Position numbers and translations under genes: made by a program
NCBI GenBank assembly: GCA_973895155.1
Contig: OZ316897.1
Coordinates: forward strand, 23,163,455-23,227,454
Direction: 5' to 3'
Length of the DNA: 64,000 bases
Source: Marsupella aquatica
Taxonomy: Eukaryota > Plantae > Marchantiophyta
Shown here: positions 39,991 through 50,735 of the stretch, piece after piece
Numbering within the stretch: position 1 is the first letter of the stretch
Layout of the letters: each line of letters begins with the position of its first letter
The notes under the pieces: model-generated
Database searches by the model: none
Seen by the model: only the letters and a program-made list of their open reading frames with translations
Told to the model about the DNA's origin: nothing

Positions 39991-41589
39991 TAGTCATTGA
40001 GGGTCTGACATGCGGTCGCGCTATCTGGCGAGCCTCTCTGTGGTGGATTAGGGACACTTGGGGCCCACCTATTGTAACACTTCCTCACTCGGAGTGTCAT
40101 TTAGTTTTCACCCTAAATTATTCTCAGCGGGGGTCTTCGGGATGGACTCAGGTCATTTGGGGCAACAGTATTTGTACTCGGCGAGTGCCTCTGAATTGGT
40201 TTTGGTTCTCTTGTTGCCCACTGTCCATTTTTACCCATGGTTTCCTAGTCGTAGTGTCGTTACCTTTTGACCTTTAGTCATACTCGGCAAGCCTCTTTGA
40301 GATGGATTTGGGCCTCGTTGAGGATGGTAGATCTGTACGGACATTGTCGTTCTTTACAAACACGCGATCCGTACGTAATTTGATTGTACGAACATTGAAA
40401 AGACTATATGGTGAGGCTTTGCATGCACTTTTGGGTCCATCATAGTGTTTCAGCGATGGTCTCTAACATTGGATGTGGGATAGAACCAATTTGGCTCCTT
40501 CATTTGAAACGGAATACCTTTAATTTCATCTTGGAGAGGGTCTCTGAGAGACACTGTCCATGTTACAGTAGTTAACCCTCTAAAACTGTTAAGAGGGTCA
40601 ACAAGTTGTGTTGTATGGCCAAAGTACATCCACCACTCCATCTCAGAGAGGGTCTCCGAGAGGCTGGGTCTCATCTAGCAACCTTTTTGACCCAAGATGC
40701 AGTCCAAGAGAACTGTTGTCTGGCCACTTGAACCCTATAATTAGGTGATTATTCCAAAAGGAGAGTTAAGTATCAAAACCATAAAAAAATTAAATTTTTA
40801 AGTTCTTATAAGGCCCTTTAAGCAAAATTAAGTTAGTTTAAACTCAAATGGGTAAGGATACCATTGGAAGATGTCAAGGCCACCCTGGTTTTCACATATT
40901 AGGCGTCAAGACGGCAAGAAATTGAAAGTTTCAAAAATGAGGTGTCGGCTTGGACGGCCTCCACACAGGGACGGCAAGGACGGCCCCCACGCAGGGACAT
41001 CCGGGACGTCCACTTTTTCACCCAAGGACGGCCGACGCCTCCCACGACGGCCCGCATGGAAAACTTGAGGACATCTTGGACGGCCTCTATGTAGGGACGT
41101 CCGGGACGTCCACCCTGCCATGACCTAATGTGACATCTGCGCCGGCCCGAACACTTTTTCTTCATTTTTCTTCAAGGACGTCCATGGCGGCCGGCAGTAG
41201 GGCGCAAGCTTCGACCTTTGATGCTCATCCATTAGACCTCCATTTGATCTCATTCCACTTGCTATAGCAGCGCAACTGCCTAGAGATCGTTCACCCCAAT
41301 TCTGAACTGCCATTGATGAGACATTGAGGAGTATTGAGTCATTGATGCTCTCTGATTTCTTGAAAATGAAGAAATTACAGATTTGAGAGCTTCGCTTGAT
41401 CAAAACTCCTTCATTTCTATCTTTTTTCAATTCATTTCTGCTCCCACAGAAGCGCAACTACGTTAATCCCCAGTTGAGATTTCATTCTTGATTCTCAATG
41501 CTTAGCTATTTTTAGGAGGAGAGCTTCAAGTTTTCTCATATTTTCTGAGCTATGCCCCCAGAAGCATACCAGTAAGTAAGGCCATTAGG

Positions 41590-43297
41590 GTGACTTTACC
41601 CCCAGGTCCTAAGGCTTACTTTCGGCTCCTTAGTGACCTGGTAGAGATGGGCTTGAGTTCCTTACTTTTTCTTCCTTGGGATATGGTACATGGGTCCATC
41701 ATTGCCGATTTTCTTTGTCCACCCCGAGCTGGCGCTTTCCGGAGTTCTACTAGAGGTTCAGCTGATGTTTGTACCGCCGCCATTGTTTCTGAGGTGTACC
41801 AGTTGAGCCACGAGGGAGAGAGACTGATTTCTGTTGGGGAGGACTTGACTGTCCCCTACTTTAGAGGTACCAAGGACCAGAGGTCTGGTTGGAAGATTGA
41901 TCAGTGCAGGAACCGAGAGTTAGCTCATCTACTCCAATTCCTTGTACCCATCTTTCATCCGACCAAACCCACCAGGGCTATGGTTTACTTGACCAGCTCT
42001 ATCATTATTTCATGGACCGGCAAGAGGAGGATCAGCTGGGCCCTAGCTCTTTTGGAGGTGATCGCCAAACAGGTGGTTGTCTTGTCTACTACCGGTGATA
42101 CATATCTGACACCCTACTTGGCGCACATTTACTTTTTGAGAGGTTGCTTGTTACCAGTGGAGCTGAGCGATTGGAGGAGGAGAGTGAGACACTTTGAGCT
42201 CCCTTAGCCAAAGTTAGTGAGAGAGTTGACTCCACCACCTACGACATCTTCGAGACCCCCTCCAGTGGAGCAGACGACAACACCGGATTTACCAGGGATG
42301 ACTTCTCCCTCTTTTGTTGCTTCCACTTCTTACACGTCGTGGACTGATTTTGTTAGTGATGCTGAGCGACTAGCTAGTGTGGCTGGTTTCAACCAGCATT
42401 TGGTAGATGAGGCCACTAGACTCTTGAGTTGTACTCCTATGCAGTTACTTGACTGTATTCATACTTTGTTTTCCGAGTCTCGTACCACACCACCCCCTCA
42501 TGTTTCACCCCCTGCACCTTCACCACAACCTGATCACCCTATGGATGTGGATGAGCCAGAGATACCTATTGCTGATCCTTCACTCCCTCCTCCATCCACA
42601 CCTACACCCCCTCTACCTGATCCCATTCCTTCTCCTATTATTGATTCACCTATCCCTCTTACATTTACACCTGATCACCCTCCATCTCCTACCCCTGAGC
42701 CTTTAACCCCTTCACCAGTACCCCCTCCAGATCCATTTTCCCCATTGAGGATACCACCCTATCACCCCTTGATGCTTCACTTCCCTCTCCTACCAGGAAA
42801 TGAACCCATTTATGAGCCTATTCCCGAGATTGACCCTGAGACTATAGAGCCTCCCAGTGTACCATTTATAGCTCCTACTCCTCTGATGTCTTAGCCTCCT
42901 ATTGTCTCTTATATTGCCAACATTGATCGAGTCTCTTTTTGTCTTTCTTGCCCAGTTTGATAGGATGATTACGACACTCATTGACGCACGCACTCCTCTT
43001 GCACCACCTTTGTCTCCACTTATGTTTGGTCATGAGTTTTTTCCTTTTCCACACACCTACGACATGGTTCCGATTTCTTGTGGTATTCTATGGCTACCTA
43101 TTGACAAGCTGAGACTACCCACGATTGAGACTTCTGACCTTTGGAGTTGGGTTTATCACCGTAGAAAGGTCATTGCATCTTTTCCTCTTCCAGCTCTAGA
43201 CATTCCATGGCCATCAGATTACTTTGTTTGGATCGGATCGGATGGACATCCCATCCAAAAGACCAGTGAGCCCAGTTTAATTGATTTGTTATCGTGA
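41590..43297 (+). pseudogene. Decayed retroelement accessory gene (same LPW..G(W/F)..C domain family as the LTR-borne ORFs) with a Pro-rich tail
   Basis: GLSSLLFLPW..VSEVYQL..GWKIDQC..LLQFL..W..TYLTPYL parallels GLEAFVRLPW..IAEVFGLP..GFFRNTC..MIDFL; broken by stops; preceded by GGACGTCC-rich repeats (40870-41190). Confidence 0.55.
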
Positions 43298-45021
43298 AGA
43301 CCTTTTCCGTCGACAGTATTTGAAGGGACATAAGACCAAAGGGAAGAGAGCCCTTGGTTATGTAGCTCGCCTCCCTCTACTTGTAGTCGACCCTCCTCCT
43401 ATTACAGTATGAGATTAGTACTTTATTTTGTAGACTTTTACTTAGCTTTGACTATTTGACTATCCCTTAGTCAAAGTTGATTTTTATTTTACTTAGTTTA
43501 GACTTAGGAAATGAAGAGGTATGTCTCGTTATTCTCCTTAGCCCGTGGGCGATCTCATGTACTTATTGTGATACCAGTCTCATTTTGAGACAGAGTGGAT
43601 AGTTATTTGCATCTCCTCATTTTGGAGTTTTGTCTCTTGTACGTGTAATACAATTTTGCAAGGAAGATTTGTATGCCTTTAAATTTGATTACTTGTGCTA
43701 TGAGTCTACCCCTCCTTCGTATGGTAATGCATGTTGCAATTACCGTAAGAAGTAAAACCCATAAAAATATAGTTTGTGGAATGTATTAGAAGATCCGTTG
43801 GTCGGTGCCTAATCCAAACTACAATATTTGTTGTCGAGTTTTGTATTTACATGAAGAACTTATCTTTGGAAGATAAGTATTGCATGTAATCAAGAAAGAA
43901 AAATCTAGATATGTTAAGAAGTAGCGACATTCTTAATTCATGGATTTGAAGTACCATTGTGGTATACTGAATGTGCATTAGTTTTCCTTTGGAATTGCGC
44001 ATTGCTAAAAAAGGAAACATGTTGCCGATATTTTAATGACACACTACTATACACACAATCCAAAACGTATATTGGGTTTTGTGAGCATAGACACTTCTTA
44101 AACTTAGATTTATAATAGAAACCTAGAGAGCAGTTATAGCCAGGTTAGGTTTGACTTATCAACGTCTCAAACAATGCCATAGCTCTTTCTTAAGACATGG
44201 TAACGAAGTTAAATATTGCTAAACTATACCTCTAAAAGCTCTAAGATTCTATTATTCAGCAAATATCATTTTTGTTCTTATTTTATTAATTTCTTGTATT
44301 TTGTTTAAGATTCTATTTTTCTTATAGATGTTGAGTTCCATCTTTAAACCACTCAAAACACTTTAAAACATCTTTTCATCCCATTCTTGTTCTTCCAAGG
44401 GAACGAACACCGAGTTTTTAGCATATATTCGATGACATTTGCTTTTGATAGCATACAACCAATCCTAGACCCCTAAGCCTCACATAAGAGGATGAGGGAC
44501 GCCGATGCTCAGCATATTGATTACCGGGGTCCGGAACATTTGTATCCAGGAAGTCAATGCGTCCTAATCGCTCTTGCACTCAACGTTCAATAGGCTGCTG
44601 ACCATCAGTAGGAATGACTTCATGAAATGAGAACCGATCAAAAAATGCGCGCAAAGTATCACGGTTGTTAGTCCATAGTATATTTCTCTCCCCTGGACTA
44701 ATTGCCTCATCGTAAGGAAGAGCAAAACAATTCTGGAAAGTCAAGATTTTGGTGAAAGTGTTGCCACGAACGGACTCGAAGGAGCTCAAGTGACTCTCCA
44801 CAGGCCAAACTCTAGAAGGACCGAAGAAGGCAAGCATCTCCTCCAAAGACATGAGTTCCTTCCTCTCCATCTAATGGGAACTGTTAAACAAAATAGAGGC
44901 TAATCACAACACCAATGTTGTTGAAATGACCCGACTTCGAGAGAGCTTCTGCCTGAAAATGACTCGCAAGAGTGACCTAATGTAGAGTACAAGTCGACAA
45001 TCATTGGCATTGGTAACAAAG

Positions 45022-45346
45022 TGAGGTGCATCCCATGGGTCCCTAAACCCAAGAAACCCCCCTACACAAGCCGATTCCCGTAGGTTTCGCTCTCGGCGAG
45101 GCTGGTTTCGTGGCTTATCGGCATGGAACGCTGCTAACTCTCTTCTACTAATATTTTACACACATATACTGGACAGATCCTTCATTGGGTCATGAGATAA
45201 GTAGCCGACCTATTCTATGCCTTCCCTTGTCTTCCTCTTCTGGTCTCCCTTTAGGTATGTTTCGATTCCGCCATCGGAATGATCCCCAATTGGCTTGGGT
45301 TAGCCGCTAAGACCTCTCTCAGCTTGACACATCCAACTCTTACTAC
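45022..45346 (-). mobile_element. 3' end of an older LTR of the same family as 45347-50052, in opposite orientation
   Basis: Reverse complement aligns with ~49724-50052; similarity stops exactly where TGTGA begins at 45347. Confidence 0.8.
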
Positions 45347-45382
45347 TGTGATACCTAGCCAGGAATCACTCGGCTAGTTGAA

Positions 45383-46078
45383 GTGGAAATGGGAAGTGTA
45401 CCCAAGAAACACCTTAGTATAGTTACAGAAATAAGAAAATATAAACAATTAAAGGTGACTATGGAACCCGAGCCGAGGCCGGAAGTAAGGACGCCAGGGG
45501 AGAGAACACAATTAGGGTTAGGGCACGATAAATGCCGGCGGCTAGGGGTCACCAACGGGAGAGAAACGCCGAGGAGGAGAGGGGTAAGGACCGCTCGTGA
45601 AGAGTTGTGGCTCATTTGCAGGCACGAACTGGGCAGACGACTACGGGCGGTGAACTACTATCAGCTGCTTAAGCACGCACTTGGGGGGGGAGCAGATACC
45701 GACTATCAACTCGATAAGGGTATGAGCAACGTCAATCAAGCGGCACATTTTTGGGGATGCCTGTTCGAACGGGCAACTGAGTACATTGGGACTTACGAGG
45801 ACGAAGAATCAGAGAGAGCAGCTCGAGAACGGCAGGAGCTCGCTCGATTGTGGGAGTTGCAGAAAGTTGCCTTCTTAGGAGGAGAACTCATCAAGGCCGA
45901 ATTCTTGTGGACTCCTACTACCAATCAACTCGACGACCTTCTGTTTTGCGAAGACAGAGTCGTCGGCATCCGCGAAGCCATCAAACGCTGCAACGACCTA
46001 CACTGGGAGTTGAAGGTAGCACGGAGGGGTGAACAAAGGCAACCGTGCTCGGAGAGACATCCATGGCAGCCGAGATGA
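45383..46078 (+). CDS. LTR-encoded ORF1 (231 aa), homologous to the N-terminal domain of ORF 62817-60157
   Basis: AAHFW..ER..LFCEDRVVGIREAIKRCND aligns with AIRFW..ER..FFNGDKYIGFWEALLRLPD. Confidence 0.6.
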   Translation: MEMGSVPKKHLSIVTEIRKYKQLKVTMEPEPRPEVRTPGERTQLGLGHDKCRRLGVTNGRETPRRRGVRTAREELWLICRHELGRRLRAVNYYQLLKHALGGGADTDYQLDKGMSNVNQAAHFWGCLFERATEYIGTYEDEESERAARERQELARLWELQKVAFLGGELIKAEFLWTPTTNQLDDLLFCEDRVVGIREAIKRCNDLHWELKVARRGEQRQPCSERHPWQPR

Positions 46079-49000
46079 AGAGGAAGGGAATTAACAATGA
46101 CGAGGCCACCCCGGCAAAAAGAACGAGGTCGGCAGCACCAAAGAAACCAGCCGAACAGCAGAGTAGGAGGCAGAGAGAAGCCGAGGAGGAGGAGGTCGAC
46201 CCCATCAACGCCATTCCAACGAGAGATGACACCTGGAAAGGCTGGGCGGCGATCCTCCCCGAGGAGGTCCAATTACACTTTGCAAGAGAAGAAGATGCAT
46301 GCTTTACGGCTATGCAGACTCGGAAATATCAGGGCTTCATGGCCGGATCCGGCTTGGAAGCCTTCGTAAGGTTACCGTGGCTGAAGCCGGAGGTGCCGAA
46401 TTCAGACTTACTTGAATTCGTGGGATCATGGGAGTCCGAGACCAATTCCACAAGGGTGTATGGGAAGGAATTCTATCTTACTCCCCAGGTGATTGCCGAA
46501 GTATTTGGCTTGCCGATGGGCAATAAGACCAAGGTAGATACCAGGAAGACCTTGCCAGACACGGAGTTCAGGTCGTTTCCAGGGCCTTCAACAAAGAATG
46601 GTTTTTTCCGTAACACTTGCACCAACCCGCATATAGGAGAGATGATCGATTTCTTGCGGGTGACCATGCATTGCAACTGGCCGAGAGCAGAGATCGGCAA
46701 GGCACAGGTCTATCTGGTAGAGAGGCCAGACCCAAGCCGGGACTACAACGGTTACCTCCTCACTCAACTAAAGAAGATCTTGAAGGAGGAACAGCTGGTG
46801 ATCGGCAAGGGAAGCGTGTCCTGGTTGGGCTATCACATGCCGCTATTGTGCCGGTATGCCCGAAGTAAGACCTTTGCCCCGGTACTTCCCCTACAGGCAA
46901 GGGCACCAGAGGAGGTTTTGGAACAGAGGCCGGCAACAGAGAAACCTAAACCACCCGACAGTCCTACAATCGAGCAGGTATTTAGGCCAAGGACAGAGGA
47001 CTTGCCGATGCAGCAACCAGGCATGCAGAATCTATTGAAACTGCTGGAGAAAGAAAAGAGAACGGCTACGGCAACAACAACAACAATGGCAACGGCAACG
47101 ACAACAATACAGGACACTGCTCCAGAGGTAGGCCTAAACCGGCTTACAAGGGAAAACCCCTTTACTGGAGTCAAGGAGAGAAGGAGGCCGGAACACGAGC
47201 CGGGAGTCCGGATGTATGTAGGAGCCTCTAGTCCCGAAGCCGAAGAGAAGCAGGCCGTAGCTCCCGGCCCCGACAAGGAGAACAAGAGATCAACACGGAA
47301 GCCGGAAGAGGAACCAAGACCGGCAAGAGGTGAAGCCGTGTTCACAACAAAATCAGGAGAACAGCGGGAGAAGCCGGTAGTCCAAGCCGAGGAGGAGGCG
47401 GTGGAGGACTACAGCAATGATAACTCCGGCTACGGGTCGGATCATCATGTTCCAGGAGTAAGGACATGTGGCCGGTTTATCCCCACACTCCCAAGAGTAG
47501 TCCGAGGGGACCCGAGCCAGCAGAGCAGCCCCGAGTCTCCCCCGCCAGATGTCGCTCCCCCAAGCTTTGACGGCATAAAACAGACGGCGCAGGAATTTCA
47601 GGAGCGAATGAGGGAGGAAGAGGAGGCAGCCCTGGCTAGGGAGAAGGATTTACCAGGAGGAGAATGGCCAAAGAACATCAGGCGGCTTGCAGAAAAACGA
47701 AGCAACCCTCCGGCCACGATAGAGGAGATCCGCAAGGCGGCTTGGGAACAAAGGCCGCGGTGGATGATGCCGATGACTTCTACTTCCTCCACCTATGCTA
47801 AAAATAGAGCCATGGAGTACGGGGAGATGTGTGGAGAACTAGCGCTCAGCATCTTTGGGGAGGAGTTGGAGCAGGGACCCTTTTTCCAGAGGGAGATGTT
47901 GGAGAAGCGCCATTTAGAAGAAGCGGTGGCCTTGGAAAGAAGCAAGAAGGACGAGGTCATCCATCGGCTTAGGGAAAGGGAAGCCAAAATCGAGGACCTA
48001 AGGGCGGCCAAGAAAGCCCAAGATGAGCTGCGGATTAAGCGGCATGAGCTAAATATCATGCAGGGCCAGTTGGATACCGCACAGTATGATAATCGGATGA
48101 TCAAGAATCTATTGACGCGGACCCAAGGAGAGTTGGCCGATGCGATCAAGGAGCGGGAGAAGTGGAAGCGAGAGCTGAGGAATGCAGAGGAGGCCCACAT
48201 AACAGCCAACAACCGGGCCATGGCGGAGACCCAGAGAAGGGAAAGGGCGTTGAAGGGGGAGCTCGAGGTTATCCGTGGAGCCCTTAAGCAAAAGGAGGCT
48301 GAGTTAGGGAAATCCTATCAAGGGATTATTGCACTGCAGCAGGAACTTGCGTCCCTGATGGCCAGCTTCAAGGCCGACCTACGGGAGAAGGATGACCAGC
48401 TCGACCAGACTTATGCCAAGATGAATAAAATGGAGTCTGAGGTCGTAACGGAGCTCGACAAAGAGCTAAGAGAAACCCAGGAGGAGAGGGCTACCTTGAA
48501 GAAGGAATTGGAGGAAGCCCAAAGGGAGCTGGAGGAAGCCCAGAAAGAACTGGAGGAGGCGCGTAAGGACCTGGACGAAGTGCAGGAGGAGTTGGAGGAA
48601 AGCACGCGGAAGCTGGAGAACTTACAACGGCGAGCCGACAACCAAACGGAGCGGCTGAAGAAACAAGCCGCAGTAATTAAAGGCTTGGCTCCATCAGGCC
48701 CAACTCCAATTGGGGCAACCAAGTTACCAGGAGTGGTACTGGCCGAAGAACAAGCCGCGCCACTTGCACCAGTGCCGGAAGTAAGTGGGAAGGGGAAGGG
48801 ACCAGCTGCCGAACCAGAAAAGAAGAAGAAGCGGAAACCTTCAGGGTCAAGGAGTAATACGGCTCCACAGGCCGTGGTGACCCAGGAGGCAGACCCAGCA
48901 CCGACCCCAGGCAGGGTCACGGCAGAGGATCCAACTACCCTAGAAGCAGGGGATGACGAAGCCGTGGCTGATGCCGAAGCCGGTGCCGAGGCCAAAGCCG

Positions 49001-49134
49001 AAGGTGGACCCAGTCAGGCCGATGGAGAGTTGACTAAGTCCAGGGCAGGTAATCTGTCAAAGAACGAACCTACGGCAGTGGCTGAGGAGGAAGCGTTGGG
49101 GGCGTCCACTGAGGAACAGACACCGCTGCCATGA
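46045..49134 (+). CDS. LTR-encoded ORF2 (1029 aa): plant-transposon-like globular domain, low-complexity linker, long coiled coil, NLS-like KKKKRK
   Basis: Uninterrupted 3.1 kb ORF; LPW..EFV..LT..FGLP.G..SFP..NGF...C..EI..AQV shared with ORF 60403-62190; heptads KELEEAQRELEEAQKELEEA. Confidence 0.8.
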   Translation: MLGETSMAAEMKRKGINNDEATPAKRTRSAAPKKPAEQQSRRQREAEEEEVDPINAIPTRDDTWKGWAAILPEEVQLHFAREEDACFTAMQTRKYQGFMAGSGLEAFVRLPWLKPEVPNSDLLEFVGSWESETNSTRVYGKEFYLTPQVIAEVFGLPMGNKTKVDTRKTLPDTEFRSFPGPSTKNGFFRNTCTNPHIGEMIDFLRVTMHCNWPRAEIGKAQVYLVERPDPSRDYNGYLLTQLKKILKEEQLVIGKGSVSWLGYHMPLLCRYARSKTFAPVLPLQARAPEEVLEQRPATEKPKPPDSPTIEQVFRPRTEDLPMQQPGMQNLLKLLEKEKRTATATTTTMATATTTIQDTAPEVGLNRLTRENPFTGVKERRRPEHEPGVRMYVGASSPEAEEKQAVAPGPDKENKRSTRKPEEEPRPARGEAVFTTKSGEQREKPVVQAEEEAVEDYSNDNSGYGSDHHVPGVRTCGRFIPTLPRVVRGDPSQQSSPESPPPDVAPPSFDGIKQTAQEFQERMREEEEAALAREKDLPGGEWPKNIRRLAEKRSNPPATIEEIRKAAWEQRPRWMMPMTSTSSTYAKNRAMEYGEMCGELALSIFGEELEQGPFFQREMLEKRHLEEAVALERSKKDEVIHRLREREAKIEDLRAAKKAQDELRIKRHELNIMQGQLDTAQYDNRMIKNLLTRTQGELADAIKEREKWKRELRNAEEAHITANNRAMAETQRRERALKGELEVIRGALKQKEAELGKSYQGIIALQQELASLMASFKADLREKDDQLDQTYAKMNKMESEVVTELDKELRETQEERATLKKELEEAQRELEEAQKELEEARKDLDEVQEELEESTRKLENLQRRADNQTERLKKQAAVIKGLAPSGPTPIGATKLPGVVLAEEQAAPLAPVPEVSGKGKGPAAEPEKKKKRKPSGSRSNTAPQAVVTQEADPAPTPGRVTAEDPTTLEAGDDEAVADAEAGAEAKAEGGPSQADGELTKSRAGNLSKNEPTAVAEEEALGASTEEQTPLP

Positions 49135-50056
49135 CGATGGTGGAGGGCCGCTCCTTTCAAGGAGGGCGGACGTGGAGGGAGGAGGCGTGAGTGGGCAGGG
49201 CGGGCTCGGATCTCTAAGTTTAGGATTAGGATCAGGACCAGAAGGCGGCCCTGACACTTAGCTCAGTGGGATTGCGGTTCCACTGGTAAGAGCAACACTT
49301 GTACTCCTGCCTCGCTGTAGTTAGGTAGATTCAATTAGGTAGATTCAATTAGGTAGATTTGGCTTACGCTGCAAGGAATTAGGCGGATCCACGTCCAGGA
49401 TAAGTACCTGGGCAGCGGGGAGCTCAGGGCCTCTTCTTTAGCAAGTTTTTAGTTGCACCAGTCGGGCTGGGATCAAGTAGTAAGAGAAGCTCTCGGTTAG
49501 TCATACAGTGACCCTTGTGTATATTCATGTTTCCTCATGCCTAAGAGCTGAATAGAGTTGGCCTCACGGCTTAGTTCGCAGAGCTTGTGTATGAGATGTA
49601 CCGTTTGTATGGCAAGTGCATGGTATGACTCAGTCAGAAGGAGTCATTTTGCTATTTGTGTGTCGCATTAACTTGTGTGAAGAGTGCCCACATCAACTAA
49701 TAGATGAAGGAAAGTAAGTAAGGGAGTGAGAGTTGGATGTGTCGAGCTGAGAGAGGTCTTAGCGGCTTAACCAAGCCTATTGGGGATCATTCCGGCGACG
49801 GAATCCAAATATACCCAACCAGAAGGAGAGGAAGAGAAGGGAAGACCCAGATTAGGCCGGCTACATATCTCATGACCCAATGAAGGATCTGTCCAGTATA
49901 TGTGTGTAAAATGTTAATAGTAGTAGTAGAAGGAGGTTAGCAGCGTCCCATGCCGCTAAGCCGCGAAAACGGCCTCGTCGAGGATGAAACCCGCGGGAAT
50001 CGGCTTGTGCGGGGGGGTTTCTTGGGTTTGGGGAGCCATGGGGCGCACCACATTTT

Positions 50057-50075
50057 TGGCGCTAGATGGAGGGGG
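50057..50075 (+). promoter_or_regulatory. Primer binding site
   Basis: TGGCGCTAGATGGAGGGGG 4 nt after the LTR-terminal CA; TGG is the complement of tRNA 3' CCA; resembles Tat-type PBS. Confidence 0.7.
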
Positions 50076-50121
50076 CATTTCTTAAGCCGTGACATATGAA
50101 GTTAGGAAGGAAGCGTAGGTA

Positions 50122-50724
50122 ATGACTGAACCTACGCCGAGGGAGGAAAGAGCGATTCAACGGGAGAGAACTCGTCTGCAGCAACTCGCCGGGTGGCATG
50201 ATACACAGCGACTGAGAGGGGCAGAAAGAGCTAGTAGCTCCGTAACTGAAAGTGGCATCGAAGAAGACATACCAGAAGAAGGGTCGGTAAGGAGAAGTGA
50301 GTCTCCAACCGACATGGGGGAACCAGAGGCACGGCCAGACGAGAGGCCAGGGACCAAATTGAGCCAACGGTCACGTATTCATTACAAGGCCTTTCATGGA
50401 AGAGGAGATGAGGATCCGGACGAATGGTTGGATGACTTTGAAGGAACTGCTGCAGCAAATGGAGAATCGGCCATCAAGATGCAGATTCTTCCCGACCTAT
50501 TCAAAGGTGAGGCTAGGCCTTGGTACAGAGCCTTGGACGTGGAAGATCAAGCCATATGGCATACTTTCAGATCACTATTTGTCAAGGAGTTTCGACCCAT
50601 TGGAACTTCAGAGTTAGCAGTGCTGAAGTTGGGACGACTTTGGTTCAAGGAGAACAAATCCTTCAGGAAGTTCTTGCAATGCTTCCAAAAGCTGAGAATG
50701 CCCGAATGCACGCAAACAAGGTGA
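50122..50724 (+). pseudogene. gag: Truncated Ty3/Gypsy gag
   Basis: YKAFHGRGDEDPDEWLDDFE..FKGEARPWY..WHTFRSLFVKEF (retrotransposon gag signature); cut off at ~50700 by an unrelated LTR. Confidence 0.85.
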
Positions 50725-50735
50725 TGGACAACCAG

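Larger units (their letters stand above)
45347..50052 (+). mobile_element. Giant (4.7 kb) 5' LTR of a Ty3/Gypsy element containing ORFs
   Basis: Starts TGTG, ends CACA, and is followed immediately by a PBS and gag; left boundary defined by the break in the older inverted LTR. Confidence 0.75.

Noticed and set aside
44400-44870. Continuation of the ParB-like gene beyond the LTR stack
   Set aside because: Same strand, but no matching TSD or sequence link to 52562-52627; contains stops.
46473-48995. Antisense ORFs over the LTR gene (and over the PPR gene and 60410-62676)
   Set aside because: Shadow frames of GC-rich or repetitive coding sequence.
45022-50052. Mutator-like element with 325-bp TIRs
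   Set aside because: The right end is followed by PBS+gag, no 9-bp TSD is visible, and the inner junction begins with TG; LTR nesting fits better.
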